Positions 40,521 through 54,201 of a stretch of 64,000 nucleotides of DNA are shown piece by piece. Position 1 is the stretch's first letter; each line of letters begins with the position of its first letter. The notes beneath the pieces are model-generated. The model was given only the letters and a program-made list of their open reading frames with translations. It searched no databases and had not been told where the DNA came from. Position numbers and translations under genes: made by a program. Source of the DNA: the human T2T-CHM13v2.0 reference genome, Homo sapiens; NCBI RefSeq assembly GCF_009914755.1, contig NC_060938.1. One strand, given 5' to 3'.

Positions 40521-41401
40521 CATTATGTGTAGGGAGGCAGGTATTGTACTGCTCTGGAACACACTGAGGAAGGGGGGTGCTCTGGCTTCCCTGACACCAC
40601 CTCCCTGGTCAGGCTGCCGCAAGGCACCCAGATGTCAGTTGTCTTCCCACAACCTAATCATTCACAGCTGCTCCAGGGCCACACTTAGGATCTCTTTCCA
40701 GCGGTCCTCTTAGTCTGCCCCAGGGGCATGGCAAAGGAGGGCCTTTCATCCAGGGATCTCGCACTCACAGAGACTTCACATTTGGATTTTTAAAAATTTA
40801 TCTCTGAAGATATGCTAATAAGACTGAAAAGATGGAAATGATCATCAGCTTTAAACTTATGCCTGATTTTGGTACCAGGCCCATGAATTTTTAAGATTAA
40901 TCCTGCCATTATCCCGTGAATAGGATGGTTATATTACCCTGTGCGTTTTTTTTTTTAAAGCTTACACGTGTTAAAGCCTTAATTTATTAAATGTAAACTT
41001 CTAAAATATAGTATATCACAATTTTTGAAACCCTATTTGGGGATTTCTTCATTTTAATATACCTGAAGCCTCAGATAATGGGCGTGTCCCTGGTCTTTGT
41101 CCTCCAAGCGGCCCATTGGCCACTCCCCTCTTGATGGACTGTGGAGAGAAGCTGTTCCCTTTCCAGGTTGTCATTTCAACTTCAGAAAAATCTCAGGTGC
41201 AATTGCCTGTTTCATTACAGCAGCTAGCCTATGATGAAAGAGGCCTTCGAAGCTTAGGCATGCCCAGTTCGGCTCCTTTCTTCATTTTACACACTGTTTT
41301 CTCCTCCCACAGGAAGGCTTCTCTCTACGGGGCTCAAAGCTACAGGCTCTCCACCATAGGGAAAATGGCCGACTAATATTCTTGAGTTCTTTACCCTTAG
41401 G

Positions 41402-41778
41402 CAATGGGGCTCAACTGTGACTGCACATTGGAATCAGTGGAGAGTTTTCCAAACATCCATCCGATGCCTGGGTTCTACCCCGACAGAACCTGATTTACTT
41501 GACCTGGGGTGTGGCCTGGGCATTGGAATTTTTTAAAGCACCCCACATGATTTTAATACACTACAAAGTTTCAGAAACAGTGCCCTAAGACCCTGGTTCT
41601 CAAACATTAGAATTCATCAGAATAATGTCCTCGTGGGGAGGGTCTTGTTAAAGCATAGATTGCTGGGCACAGTTTCTGATTCAGAGTTTCTGGATGGTAC
41701 CTGGTAATCTGCATTTCTAATGAGTTCCCAGGTGATGCGATGCTGCTGTTCTGGGGATCATGTATTTACAACAGTTGT
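41402..41778. mobile_element. Two adjacent MER5-family hAT MITEs
   Basis: 'ggggtgtggcctgggcatt' (MER5B-like) and 'tggttctcaaa...ctgcatttctaatgagttcccaggtgatg' (MER5A-like). Confidence 0.75.
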
Positions 41779-42084
41779 GCTAAAAGAAAGACAGTTAGAG
41801 TGGTGGGTTGGGAGGAGAAATGTGAGTGAATGCATGAAAATGTAGTTATTTCTTATTCTCAACCTCTGCAGTTGGCTTCAGAGTCAGGGACACCCCTAAA
41901 TTACAGCAGTTACAGAGTATATTGGTCACCAAAGCTGCCACTGTGCAGAGACCCAAGCTAGGATAGAGCTGAGCCCCAGCAGCTGGACCCTGGTTGGTGG
42001 GGTAAGGCATGGTCTGAAACAGTCTGGGGCTACAGATCAGCTCTGTCCAGTGAGAATATAATACAGGGCACAAGGGTGAGTCAC

Positions 42085-42335
42085 TTATGTAACTTCATAT
42101 ATTATAACCACATTGAAAAAACTAGAAACAGGTGAGATTAATTTTAATAATCTATATTATTTAACTTAACCCTCCAAAATCTTATTTTAACAGTCATCAA
42201 CATAAAAAATGATTAATGAGATATTTGGCATTCCTTTTTCATGCTAAGTCTTTGGAATCGTACATGTGTTTTACACTTACAGCACATCTCAATTCACACC
42301 AGCCACATTTCAATGGCCACACGTGGACAGTGCCA
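42085..42335. mobile_element. MER33-like hAT MITE
   Basis: 'aaacaggtgagattaattttaataat...cacttacagcacatctcaatt...agccacatttcaa'. Confidence 0.75.
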
Positions 42336-44089
42336 GCCTGGATAGACCTAAGTACTGGGGCCGTCTGCCCCTGACGTAGGACTGATCACAAAGGTCCTCA
42401 CTTCTCCCGGCAGCACATGGCCCCTTCTTCCATGCCTCTCAGAGCTCTTGGAATCTGTTCTCAGCATCTGAGAATCCCTCTGGCGTTCTTTACCATCGGT
42501 GCTTTGGACAGCACAAAAGGTTAACTGGGTTTAGTCAGGTCTGCAGGGCTTGTTCCCTCATGTCTGTGCATCTGAGGTCAGAATCTGAGAGGTTTTCATA
42601 GCCACTCCCACTCTCTTTCCTGACTTCACCATCTATAGAGATGAGTTCAGCGCCGGGTTTTTGTTGGAGAGAAATGGGTGTCTGAAATGGATTGAGGAAG
42701 AGAGTGAGGGGAAGCTGTAGCTGGCCCTAACAGTAGAACCAGGATGGAGTTTCTTTCGAAAGCTGCAAGCAGGAATGACGCTGATACTTCTGGTGCCTAC
42801 CCCTGTCAAAGGACTCCAGAGCAGTGTGAGGTTTGTGACAGGACCAGGGTGACAGTCATTGTGCTCTTCCAGCAGCATGCTGACCTGTCTCCAATTAAAT
42901 TCACTAAACATACAAGTATTGAATGCCTACTGTGTTCTCAAGTATACTGATAAGGCAGTGGGCTATAATTATTGGAACTACACATTTTGGAATCAGTCAA
43001 GCCTGAGTTCAAATCCCCACTTTTGCAATGTGATCTTAAGCAAGTTACTTAATCTCTAAGCTGTGGTTTCTTCATTTGCAAAATGTGGGTAATACCTACG
43101 TAGTAAACTCCTGTGAAGATAAAGTGAAGTGATATATGTCCTTTCTTAGCACAGTGCCTGACGCACTCAGTGAAGGCATTCAATGAATGGTAGTAGGCTG
43201 GGACTAGGTGAGGTGAGCAAAGTGCCTAGGGTGCAAAATTTAGGGAGGTACCCACTCTCATGGTTGTGCAGGTGACACTGCGTGGTGCTGTCAGCACCAT
43301 CATCATTGTTGCAGTTGTGTAATTACACTGTAGTGTCATGGGCATTCCTGAGCTACATAAGGCATGGCCTTTTCTCTCAAGGAACACAGGGTCCCTGAGG
43401 GGAGAGAAGACATGTATGTATACAAGCAAGCCAGGACTGGGAGATGAGATGATTGCCTTGAGGGAAGGAGGAGACATTGCTTCCACCAAGGGATTCAGAG
43501 ACTACATCCTTGAAGAATGGACAAGATATCTGCAGGCATAGATTGGAAGGAATGACAATTTATAGAGGGAATGGCTTAAAGCCGTGGAGGCAAAAAACTG
43601 CTCAGGGAACATGGAATGTTGCTATACTGGTGCATAGAGGCAGCTAAAAAGGAATGCTAACAGTCTGGCTGCAATCCAGTTGTATAGGGCTTTAAATACC
43701 AGGCTAAGGAGTTTAGACTGTATTTGGTTTAAAAAAAATGCTGGGGGGAGTCATAGATAGCATCCCCGGAAAGAGGGACCAGAAAATGAGGAATACCTTT
43801 TCCTTTTGAGACAGAGAGGTTTTTGAGAGTCAGAATATATTGCCATTGTCCTACCAAACACAAGGCTTCATGTCTCGAGGCACATGAAACTTGTAAATTG
43901 TGTCATCCATTACCACCCCTTCTTGATCCTACTCCCCTGGAGTAACCCCTATTACTGTTGTCGTATATATTCTTTCAGACTTCCCTCTATACGTAGACAA
44001 TATATAGATTCACAATTTTTAACCAAAATTGGATCATGCTGTATTTACTGTTCTGTCATTTACTTTTTTAAGTGTCCTAAAATATATAT

Positions 44090-44510
44090 AACATAAAATT
44101 TAGCATTTTAACCATCTTTAAGAGTATAGTTCAGTGGCATTAAGTACATTTCCAATGTTGTGCAACCATCACCATCCATCTCCACAACTTTTTTCATCTT
44201 CCCAAACTGAAACCCTGTACCCATTAAAACACCAATTCCACATTCTCCTCTCTCTCTAGACCATGACAATCACCATTCACTTTCTGTTTCTATGGATTTC
44301 ACGACTTTAAGTACCTCATATATGGAATCACACAGTATTTGTTTGTAACTGGCTTACTTAGCATAACGTCTTCAAGGTTCATCCATGCTGTAGGATGTGT
44401 CAGAATTTCCTTTCTTTTCATGGTTAAATAATATTCCATTGTATGTATATATCACATTTAGTTTACCTATGTAACCATCATCAGAGTTGCTTCTGCCTTT
44501 TGGCAATTGT
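44090..44510 (-). mobile_element. L1MB 3' fragment
   Basis: 'gttcagtggcattaagtacatt...tgtgcaaccatcacc...aggttcatccatg'. Confidence 0.82.
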
Positions 44511-45323
44511 CTGCTATTTACTTTTAAATAATATATTGTGGCCATCTTTCCATGTGAGTTCCTGTAGATCACCTCATTCTTCTTAATGGCTGACTAATAG
44601 TTTGCTGTATGACAGTGACTAGTGTAGAATCACAACACCAGCTAGTGGGGCAGCAGGGATTTGAATCCAGTTTTTTTCTGGCTCCAAAAGTTGAGTGTTT
44701 TTCACCATTCCAGGGGACATGCGGGATGTGTACATTTTGAACCATCACATGGCTGGCATGGTCTTATGCAAGTATAAAATAATGTGCTACAATTTGATTA
44801 GGTTTTGAGAGGCTTCTGATCAATGAAGTGATGAGTGCTTGTGAGACCAGGTCTAGCTTTGATTTTGGAGTCCCTACTCTCTGTACTCCCACAACACAGT
44901 CATCACCAGCTTTTAGTTACTGCTGACCTGGCCACCTCTCAGGGTAGCTCTGGAAGAGTATTGAATAGTAGTAGCATCTTTAGGAAAGAAAGGACCACAG
45001 AGTTCATCTGGCTCAACCCTTTGTTTTAGGGAAGGAGGAAACTGGAACCTGAGAGATGAGCCCCAAGGCTACCTGTGAGTTTCCCTCTGCCTCCACTGAG
45101 AGGGTGTGGCTGCTAAGTCCTATCAGAAGATGCCCCACACTGTTTTCATTCCAATTTTACTGACTCATAGTTACTCTGTTTATGCTGGAAACTCATTTCC
45201 CCAAGTGCACTGTTTTTATTGTTTATTTCTCTTGTATACATGTATTCTTCCAGCAGCCTGCCCGGGTTTATTAAAAGATATTTACGTTTTCTGATCACTT
45301 CTACTTCCTTCTCTTCCTCCCAG

Positions 45324-45610
45324 GAATGGAAAATCAATCTGAGTGTCATTAAGAGCATATTCCCTGAAGAAGATTGCTGATGACAGTGGATTTGTCACCC
45401 AGCTCAGTGTCTTTTCCTGAGCAATAAGAATTTCTTCCATGGGGAATGAAACCTAGTGTTGTTTCCCTGTCTGAATCCAGGCCTTTCACTGACCTGCCAA
45501 GTTTTCATTCCATTGTCTCACTGTCATTGGCTGATCTGATCTCTACATTGATTAATTAGTTTCAAGCCCCTTCATATTGATCTAATAAAATTGGCTTGTT
45601 TAATTTGTGT
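45324..45610 (+). other. Candidate terminal exon (end approximate)
   Basis: Branch-like ctgat at 45291-45295, pyrimidine tract ~45298-45321, AG at 45322-45323; AATAAA at 45584-45589 followed by T/GT-rich sequence. Confidence 0.4.
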
Positions 45611-47924
45611 CAGGAAATTTCTGAGAATGTTTCATTTAGACTCTGATAAGGTACATTTTTTTTTTAATGTCCTGCCGGAGACATCCCTTACGAGGGAGAG
45701 CTTGTCCTTCCTGCCATCTCTTGAATTACGCAGAGCAAACGCCGAAAGGATGGTGGGATTTCCTGCTGCCAGGGTCAAATGCTTCCACAACAAGCAGATC
45801 TGTCTTTCAGGGGGCAGTTTTTTATGTCCTCTCACCAGAAACACATGAGAATGCCATCTTTCCACCTCTAGAGGTTGTCTGAGCTGCTGGTAAGCATCAA
45901 AACATAGCCATCGAGAGCCAGGACAGAGCCACGGCCACTTCACCAGCTCCAGTCTCATGCCACTTGATTTATAAATGCCTTTTTTTTAATGGGCTGTCAT
46001 CCCCTCAGGAGAGGTTGGAGTAAAAGTCTCAAAGTTGAGTGTTTGCTCTTCTGTCACAAAGAGAAATGGATGGGAAGAACAATACAAATGGCCTACAGGC
46101 GAGCAGGGGACTCTGCAGAGCCGAGCCCCATCCTGGTCTGATTCAGGCACTCAGTAAGCCTGAATGGGGCGCGGTTACTGGGGCGTGGTTACCCGCTGGC
46201 TGGGATGAGAATTCTCATAACTACTTTCCCAGTCGGCAACTGCCAGGATGCAGGGAGCTTGTTTAGTTAACACTATGAGACCACTGGATCCAACTAATCT
46301 CTATTTGCCTGTCTCCCCTAAGATAACTTTCATAAAAATGTGTAAACATGCTCTGAGAGTCTTCTGAAAATTCCCTCAAAGCCCCCTGACCGCCTGCCCT
46401 CTAGCTGGGGCTGTGGGGGCGGTGGCTGAGGCGCCCCCCTCCGTGGGAGGCTCCTCATACATCTCTGTCAGGAAAGGCAAGAGCCGCAGCCAGAAATGAG
46501 CTCCCCCAACAAAGCAGCCTCCCTGTGTGCTGCTGTGCAAGCTGCAGCATTTGGCTGATTCATTTGTCTTCATTAATGTTGCTTATAGCGGAGGCCTTTG
46601 TCACATATATGATTATGTGAGATTCGATTCTCTCGAATGTGTAAACACAGAGCTCTAGTGCGAGGCTCCAAGCAGGCAGCAGCCTGAAGCAGCTTTTCTG
46701 GCTGTTGGGGAGCCGGCTTATGTGATCAGCCCCTAGGGATGGGGCCGTACTGTCAGGGACTGGTTCTTGCAGTGATAAGGGAAGAGCTGCCTGGCTCTTC
46801 CGCCCCAGGCCTCAGGGCTTGCCTCTCCCTCCAGTCCCCTCATAGAGTATATCCTCCCCCATGCCTCCTTCCCCTCCACGCCACATGCCCCAGGCTCCCT
46901 GAACATTACCACCTTAATGTCTCCTAGCTTCGTTTCTTCCTGCCTCCCCTTCCAGGGTCCCACCTTCATCTCAGGCCTTCATCATCCCGAGGCTGGATTC
47001 CTGCAACAGCTTCTTAATCATACTCCCTCCCTCCGGTCTTGTTTCCCTCCAACCTGTTTGACACCCTGCTGATATCTTAATCTCTAAAATGCATATCAGT
47101 TTGGGTTGTTCCCCTTCTCTAGGAAAAGGTCAAACTGTTTAATAGAATGGTCTAGGAGGCTCTTTAGGACTAGGCTCCCAGAACCATTTCAAGCATCAGC
47201 CCACCAATGTGCTCATTCTCCTACCCCTCTCTTCCTCCCTGTTTTGGGGTTATACTTTGCCACAGGGTTCCAAAACAATTCTAATTCATGCCTCATATCT
47301 TAGGCCTTTTAGATAAAGCAATTTTTAAGATTTTGAATTTACCCACTCCACTATTTCTCAGATTAAAATGAGAACTTGGGAGGCCGGACCAAGTGAAATG
47401 TCCATGTCACTGTTTTACTAGGCATCATTCTGCAGGTTTCTTTTTGAGCTGTCCTACTCAGGCCACTTTAGTGCAGGAAAAAGAAGTCATTACCAGAGGA
47501 AAGAAGGAAGGGACGCTTATTGAAGGATGTGCACGTGTGGAACCCAGAGAAGTCTGGCTTCAGGAAGGGCGAAACCAGGACAATACTAGAGCCCGGCTGC
47601 ACCCCGTGGCCTCTTTGCCTCTTTCTGTCCTCCTTGCTTTCTCGTGACCAGCATCCTCTGTTTACTCATCTTGTACACAACCCAGAATAGCAGCCACATG
47701 CCAGGGTCTACATGAACTTCTGAATTAGCACCCACCACCCACTACGGCTTCCTATTTTCTAAGAATGTAATGGTGCCGAGTCATCTCTCTGTGGATTGGT
47801 TGTCCTTGGCTCAGAACTCCTTCCCACTCTCTTCCCCCATAGCTTGGACCCAAGCTGGGGGCCACAGGGGTCTCCTGCCTTCTTATTAGGCTGGGAGTGG
47901 GGCAGCTTCTCAATGAGAGGCTAC

Positions 47925-48075
47925 AGTGGTTTGCCGGGGCTGATGTAACAAAGTACCACACACTAGGTGGCTTGAACAGCAGAAATCTATTGTCTCAGTT
48001 CTGGAGGTTAGAAGTCCAAAATCAAGGTGTCAGCAGGAATGCAGTCTTTCTGTTTTGTAAGACTTGTAGGGAAAG
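47925..48075 (-). mobile_element. MLT1 LTR fragment
   Basis: 'gtaacaaagtaccacacactaggtggctt...cagttctggagg...aagtccaaaatcaaggtgtcagcagg'. Confidence 0.75.
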
Positions 48076-48612
48076 ATCATTTATACCAAGGATTGGTCTA
48101 TAACCCTGAAAGCAAATGTGAATGTGGTCAATAATAACTACACTGGGCAGATCATACTGTACACCACTGTTGTGCATTGTCAAAACATTTTCACATACAT
48201 TGTTTTATTTGATCCTAGCAATAACTCTGTGAAGTAGGAAAAGTAGAGTTTTGCTGTATTCTCTATGCCTCCATTTCTTCATCTGTGAAAAGAGGATAGT
48301 AATGATACCTACTCAGAGGATCGTTGCATGAGTCAAACGCATTAATACTGTAAAGCACTGGCACCCAGACCCACCGCAGAGCTGAGGCTGGCCCTCATGG
48401 CTCAGGGGTGGGCAGACCAAATGTGAAGCCAGAAAGGAGGTACCTCTCCATTCCTGTCCCCTAGTCCTGTCTTAATATCCTAAGGTTACTTGGCTAAAGG
48501 CTCGTATAATGCTATTTCTTTAAACTGTGTTTTCACTTATTTTATTTCCTGTCAAAGCTACAGGCATACCTTGTCTTACTGCCCTTTACTTTATTGCCGT
48601 ACACAGATATTG

Positions 48613-48780
48613 CTCGCTTTCTCTCTCTTTCCTTCCTTCCTTCTTTCTTTCTTTCTCTTTTTCGCTCTCTTCTTTCTCTTCTTTTCTTTCTTTGTCTTCT
48701 TTCTTTATCTCTCTCTTCTTTCTTTCCTTTCTTTTTTTTCTTTCTTTCTCTTCTCTCTCTCTTTCTCCCTCTCTCTCTTT
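48613..48780. repeat. CT-rich low-complexity expansion inside Tigger1
   Basis: ~165-bp near-pure pyrimidine tract between 'gatattg' and 'acaaatcgaagg'. Confidence 0.9.
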
Positions 48781-49136
48781 GTAACAAATCGAAGGTTTGT
48801 GGCAACCCTGCAATGAGCAAGTCTATTTGTGCCGTTTTTCCAAAAGCATGTGCTTACCTGGTGTCTCTGTGTTACATTTTGGTAATTCTTGCAGTATTTT
48901 GAACTTTTTCATTATTATTATATATATTACAGTGATCAGTGATCTTTGATGCTACTATTGTCATTGTTTTGTGGCACCATGAATTGCATCCATATAAGAC
49001 GGTGAATTATTTGAGAAATGTGCATGTTCTGACTGCTCTACCCATCAGCCATTCCCCCAACTCTCTGCTTCTCCTCAGGCCTCCCTATTCCCTGTGACAC
49101 AACAATATTGAAATTAGGCCAATGAGTAACCCTACA

Positions 49137-49740
49137 GTGGCCTCTAAATGTTCAAGTGAAAGGAAGAGTTGCATTTTCTCACTTTAAATCAAAAGCTAGA
49201 AATAATTAAGCTTAGTGAGGAAGGCACGTCAAAAGCCCAGAAAGACCAAAAGCTAGGCCTCTTGTGCCAACCAGCTAGCCAAGTTGTAAATAAAGAGGAA
49301 AAGCTCTTGAAGGAAATTAAATGTGAATGCATGAATGATAAGAAAGCAAAACAGCCTTATTGCTGATATGGAGAAAGTTTTAGTTGTCTAGATGGAAGAT
49401 TAAACCAGCCACAACATTCTCTTAACCCAAAGCCTAATCCAGAGCAAGACCCTAACTCTCTTCAATTCTATGAAGACTGAGAGAGAGGAGGAAGCTGTGG
49501 AAAAGTTGGAAACTAACAAAGGTTGGCTTACGAGGTTTAAGGAAAGAAGCCATCTTCATAACATGAAAGTGCAAGGTGAAGCAGCAAGTGCTGATATAGA
49601 AGCTGCAGCAAGTTATCCAGACGATCTAGGTAAAATCATTGATGAAGGTGGCTACACGAAACAAGAGATTTTCAATGTAGATGAAAAAGCCATCTATTGA
49701 AATCAGAAGATGGCATCTAGGATATTCATAGCTAGAGGAA
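49137..49740 (+). pseudogene. Disrupted Tigger1 (pogo/CENP-B-like) transposase N-terminal half
   Basis: [16 protein letters not shown] (HTH), GWLTRFKER and IFNVDE in broken ORFs 49169..49366 and 49470..49700; start mutated to gtg; frameshifts and stops. Confidence 0.88.
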
Positions 49741-49811
49741 GTAACTGCAGATGTGGTGCCTGAAGGTGGGACTGAATTGCTACAAACTTGAACAGATAAG
49801 AGTGGCTTCTT

Positions 49812-50104
49812 CTTTTTTTTTTTTTTAGGTGGAGTCTCACTCTGTCACCCAGGCTGGAATGCAGTGGCACAATCTCTGCTCACTAACTTCTGCCCCCTGA
49901 GTTCAAGCAATTCCCCTGCCTCAGCCTCCTGAGTAGCTGGGACTGCAGGCATGCACCACCACCCTGACTAATTTTTGTATTTTTATTAGAAACAGGGTTT
50001 CACCATGTTGGCCAGGCTGGTCTCAAACTCCTGACCTCAGGTGATCTGCCTGCCTCGGCCTCCTAAAGTGCTGGGATTATAGGTGTGAGCTACCACCCCT
50101 AGCC
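49812..50104 (-). mobile_element. AluS nested in Tigger1
   Basis: TSD aagagtggcttctt at 49798-49811 and 50105-50118. Confidence 0.93.
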
Positions 50105-52232
50105 AAGAGTGGCTTCTTATGGATGAGCAAAGAAAGTGGTTTCTTGAGATGGAAACTACTCCTGGTGAAGATGCTGTGATCATTGTTGAAATGACAACAA
50201 AGTATTTAGAATATTACATAAACCTAGTTGATAAAGCAGTGACAAGGTTTGAGAGGATTACTCCAATTTTGAAAGAAGTTCTATTGTGAGTAAATGCTAT
50301 CAAACAGCATCACATACTACAGAGAAATCTTTCCTGAAAGGAAGAGTCAATTGATGTGGCAAACTTCATCATTGTCTTATTTTAAGAAATTTCCACAGCC
50401 ATCCCATCCTTTAGTAACCACCACCCTGATGAGTCAGCAGCCATCAACATAGAGGCAAGACTCTCCACCAGCAAAAAGATTATGGTTCACTGAAGGTTCA
50501 GATGATAGTTAACATGTTTTAGCAATAAGGTATTTTTAAATTTAAGGTATGTACATTTAAGGTATGTAGATATAATGCTATTACACTGAATAGACTACAT
50601 TATAGTGTAAAGATAACTTTTATATGCACTGGGAAACGAAAAAATTTGCTTTTTAGCAATCTTTGCTTTACTGTGGTTATCTGGAACCAAACCCACAATG
50701 TGTCTGAGGTATGCCTGTGTTTGTTTTTTGCCAAAATTAGGGAAGTATAAAGAATATATATTTTAGAATAAAATAATATGCAACTCTTCAGTTATGCCTG
50801 TATCTGAAGGGCATGCAACGCAGTCCTTTACCAGAGAGAGGGAAAAACGTACACCCACATGTGAGTGTATGCACACACAGCTTCTTCTTAGAAGACACAA
50901 GGGATCTGGAAGATGGTACAAAATGTTTCTTTAGCTGTCCATCAAGGCTCCTTTCAGTCCATATGTCAAGCCCTTCTCTCTCATTTTCCTCCTACCTCTC
51001 CTGTCCTACCACCTCTTAGAGATTCTTCTCTTTTCCCTCCCTGCAACCTCTTAGCTCTGTTCTAGAGTGTCTTGTTCTTCAGAGGCTGCCTCTGAAAAAA
51101 GGAATCATGTGATAAATTGATTTATTAGGAAGCATTTCCAGGAAAATTTGGTGGTGGAGTGGGATCAGGGGGGGAAGTATAGAGAGGTATCAAGCAAAGT
51201 CCCACAGAGGCACTCTTGGAGACAGAGAAGATCACGCATCAGAGTCATCATCATTGGGAAGGGGTGAACAAAGAGCTGAAGTCATTTACACCCCTGCAAC
51301 CAACAGTCATTTGTTGTTTAGGCATGACTCCTATCTTCCTCCCCCAGTTGGAAATTCCCAGATACTTCAGCTCTCTGTGCAGGCCTGAAGGTGGTCCTTT
51401 AACAGGAGAACAGGGGCTGCCTGTTGGGAGGGAAAGCACAACCAAAGCTGGTGTGTGAGGGGAAGGAGATCTGCTCCACTGGGTGTGTGATGAATCCCAA
51501 GGATTCTGGTTCTTAAAAAAAAAAAAAAAAAAAAAGATTCTGGTTCTTGACGCCACCCAGTAAGGGATGACATAAAGTCTCTCCTGTGCAAGGCCGAGGG
51601 AGTGTTTAGATTCTTAGACTGGAGAATCTACAAAACAAACATGCCTTTCTACTACTCATGTGTGTGTCCTGTTTCTCCTGGCAAATCTTTGACGTGTTTT
51701 GGCTAAACAGGGTCTGTTTTTTAATTTGTTTTAGAAAACTGAGAGGAGGGAAAGAAATGACAAAAGTGAAGATGAGAGAAAGCCCCACCAGTCCACAAAC
51801 ATGAGCATATTTTAGTTCCACCTTCTCGATTGTTACATAAAATCAAGGATTGATGAGCCTAATTTTCATGCCAATTAGAAACATGTCTCTGGTCCATGAG
51901 CTGATAGTCTCTGCCCTGCTTGGAACAGTTCCTGATTCAGCGTCCAGTGCCCACCCCCTCACGGTGTCCTAAGATTCTCACCCCACATCTTGGTTTTTCT
52001 TTTACTCTTTCATTGTTTCCTCTCTGTCCACAATTGGTCTTAATTTCTTTATTTCCTTGTTTTTTCTTCTTTGAAAGACATGGGTTGAATAATCAGGAAG
52101 AGATGCTGAGAGAGGATGCTCAAACACCAAGTCTGGATCATTTTGGAAACCAGGGTTTTATGTGAGGCAACAAGAGACCTGGTGAGGTAACATTCAATGG
52201 CAGGAATTTTAAAATATGCAAATGAATGAAAG

Positions 52233-52572
52233 CAGGGGTCCCCAAGCCCAAGGCCATGGGACCAGTTCCATGGCCTGTCTGGAACTGGGCTGCACAGCAG
52301 GAGGTGAGTGGCAGATGAGTGAGCATTCCTGCCTGAGCTTTGCCTCCTGTCAGATCAGCGGTGGCATTAGACTCTCATAGGAGCACGAACCCTATTGTGA
52401 GCTGAGCATGTGAGGGAACTGGGTTTCGTCCTTCTTATGAGAATCTAATGCCTGATGATCTGAGGTGGAACAGTTTTATCCCCAAACCATTCCCCACTCC
52501 CCACTGCCCCCACTCCCTGTCTGTGGAAAATCTGTCTTACAGTCCCTGGTGCCAAATGGTTGGGGCCCACTG
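52233..52572 (+). mobile_element. MER1B hAT MITE
   Basis: TIRs caggggtccccaa / ttggggcccactg; perfect 8-bp TSD aatgaaag at 52225-52232 and 52573-52580. Confidence 0.92.
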
Positions 52573-53400
52573 AATGAAAGGGAATGGGGAGGTACGGAAA
52601 GAGTCTGCTGTTCAGGCCCAGCATGTCAGGGTGATTTCTGAGGAAAAGACATATTCTCCCTAAAGAGGAAGATGGGGTTTTGGCCTCCAGAAGACAGGGT
52701 GGTGGAGAGGGAAGTGATTAGCAGGGAGGAGGCTGCTGGCAGCCAGCACCTGTGGTAGGGAATTGGGCCACTCACCTTCGGTGCCCCTTGGCGGAAAGGC
52801 AAGGTACTTCCTAATGGAGACTGATGAAGCCGGAACTCAGAGAGATAATGAACTGAAACAGGATTCCTCTCTGAACTGGAAGTCAGGGCTGGCGATAATG
52901 AATGCAGTTGTCTCTACTGAGCCCAGAAGCTCCACTATGCATGGGACTTTGTGAAATGAGGCCTTCCTTGTAGAACAACAGATTGTAAGGAGAGGAATCT
53001 ATGTTTAAATTGCTGTTAAACTGAGCTAAGAAAAGTCAAGCAATAGCCTTCCAACTCAACAGATTAATCCTGCAAGCTAGGTGCTTGGAAAACTCTAAGA
53101 GGCTTGAAGGCTTCTCAAATCTTCTGGCAACTTCTGAAAGGGAACAGGTGCAAAATTCCTTCTGTCACAAAGGAGATTAAGCATCTCAAGGGCAACTGAC
53201 AACTCCAAGGTTGTTTTTCTGAATGGAGGGACATCCTTAAATTGCAAGCTTGTAAGATTATGGGGCAAACAAAAGGAGACAGAATTTCAGGCATAAGCAC
53301 TTCGGTGAGAATCTAGAGAGATGTTTTCTGGTCTGGGGTAGTACCAACAAAATATCCCAGACTTTGAGGCACATTAAAAAAGGGACTGAAGGAATGTCTA

Positions 53401-53705
53401 TTTTCTTTTTATTTTTTATTTTTGAAATGGCATCTTGTTCTGTTGCCCAGAATGGAGCGCAGTGGCAGAATCTCGGCTCACTGTAGCCTCCCGCTCCCAG
53501 GTTCAAGTGATTCTTCCACCTCAGCCTCCTGAGTAGCTGGGATTACAGTTTTTCACCACCATGCCCAGCCAATTTTTGTATTTTTAGTAGAGATGGGGTT
53601 TTGCCATGTTGGCCAGGCTGGTCTTGAACTCCTGACCTCAGGTGATCCACCCACCTTGGCCTCCCAAAGTGCTGGGCTTATAGGTGTGAGCCACCGTGCC
53701 CGGCC
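53401..53705 (-). mobile_element. AluS
   Basis: Full dimer; TSD aggaatgt(c/t)tat. Confidence 0.9.
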
Positions 53706-53859
53706 AGGAATGTTTATCTTTTGACAAGGTCAGATAACAAATCTATGATCCTGGACTCCCAGTGTAACTCCCAACATCACTAACATTTCTACTCTGCAAA
53801 ACAAGAGAAGTGTGGTCTGGCCTGGAGAGATTTGCTTTATAAAAAGGATATTTCATTGA

Positions 53860-54165
<306 letters not shown>

Positions 54166-54201
54166 TCATTGATTTTTAAAATTGATATTTATCTGTATAT
54201 C

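Larger units (their letters stand above)
48561..50717 (+). mobile_element. Tigger1 DNA transposon, both TIRs present, internal deletion
   Basis: ta|caggcatacc ... ggtatgcctg; contains decayed transposase; sequence jump near 49740. Confidence 0.92.

Noticed and set aside
41167-41196. 30-nt in-frame cassette exon, and another acceptor at ~41312
   Set aside because: Weak donor (gtgcaa) and no convincing partner donor; such sites are common by chance
49137-49740. Domesticated TIGD-like gene
   Set aside because: Start codon lost, multiple frameshifts and stops, catalytic region deleted
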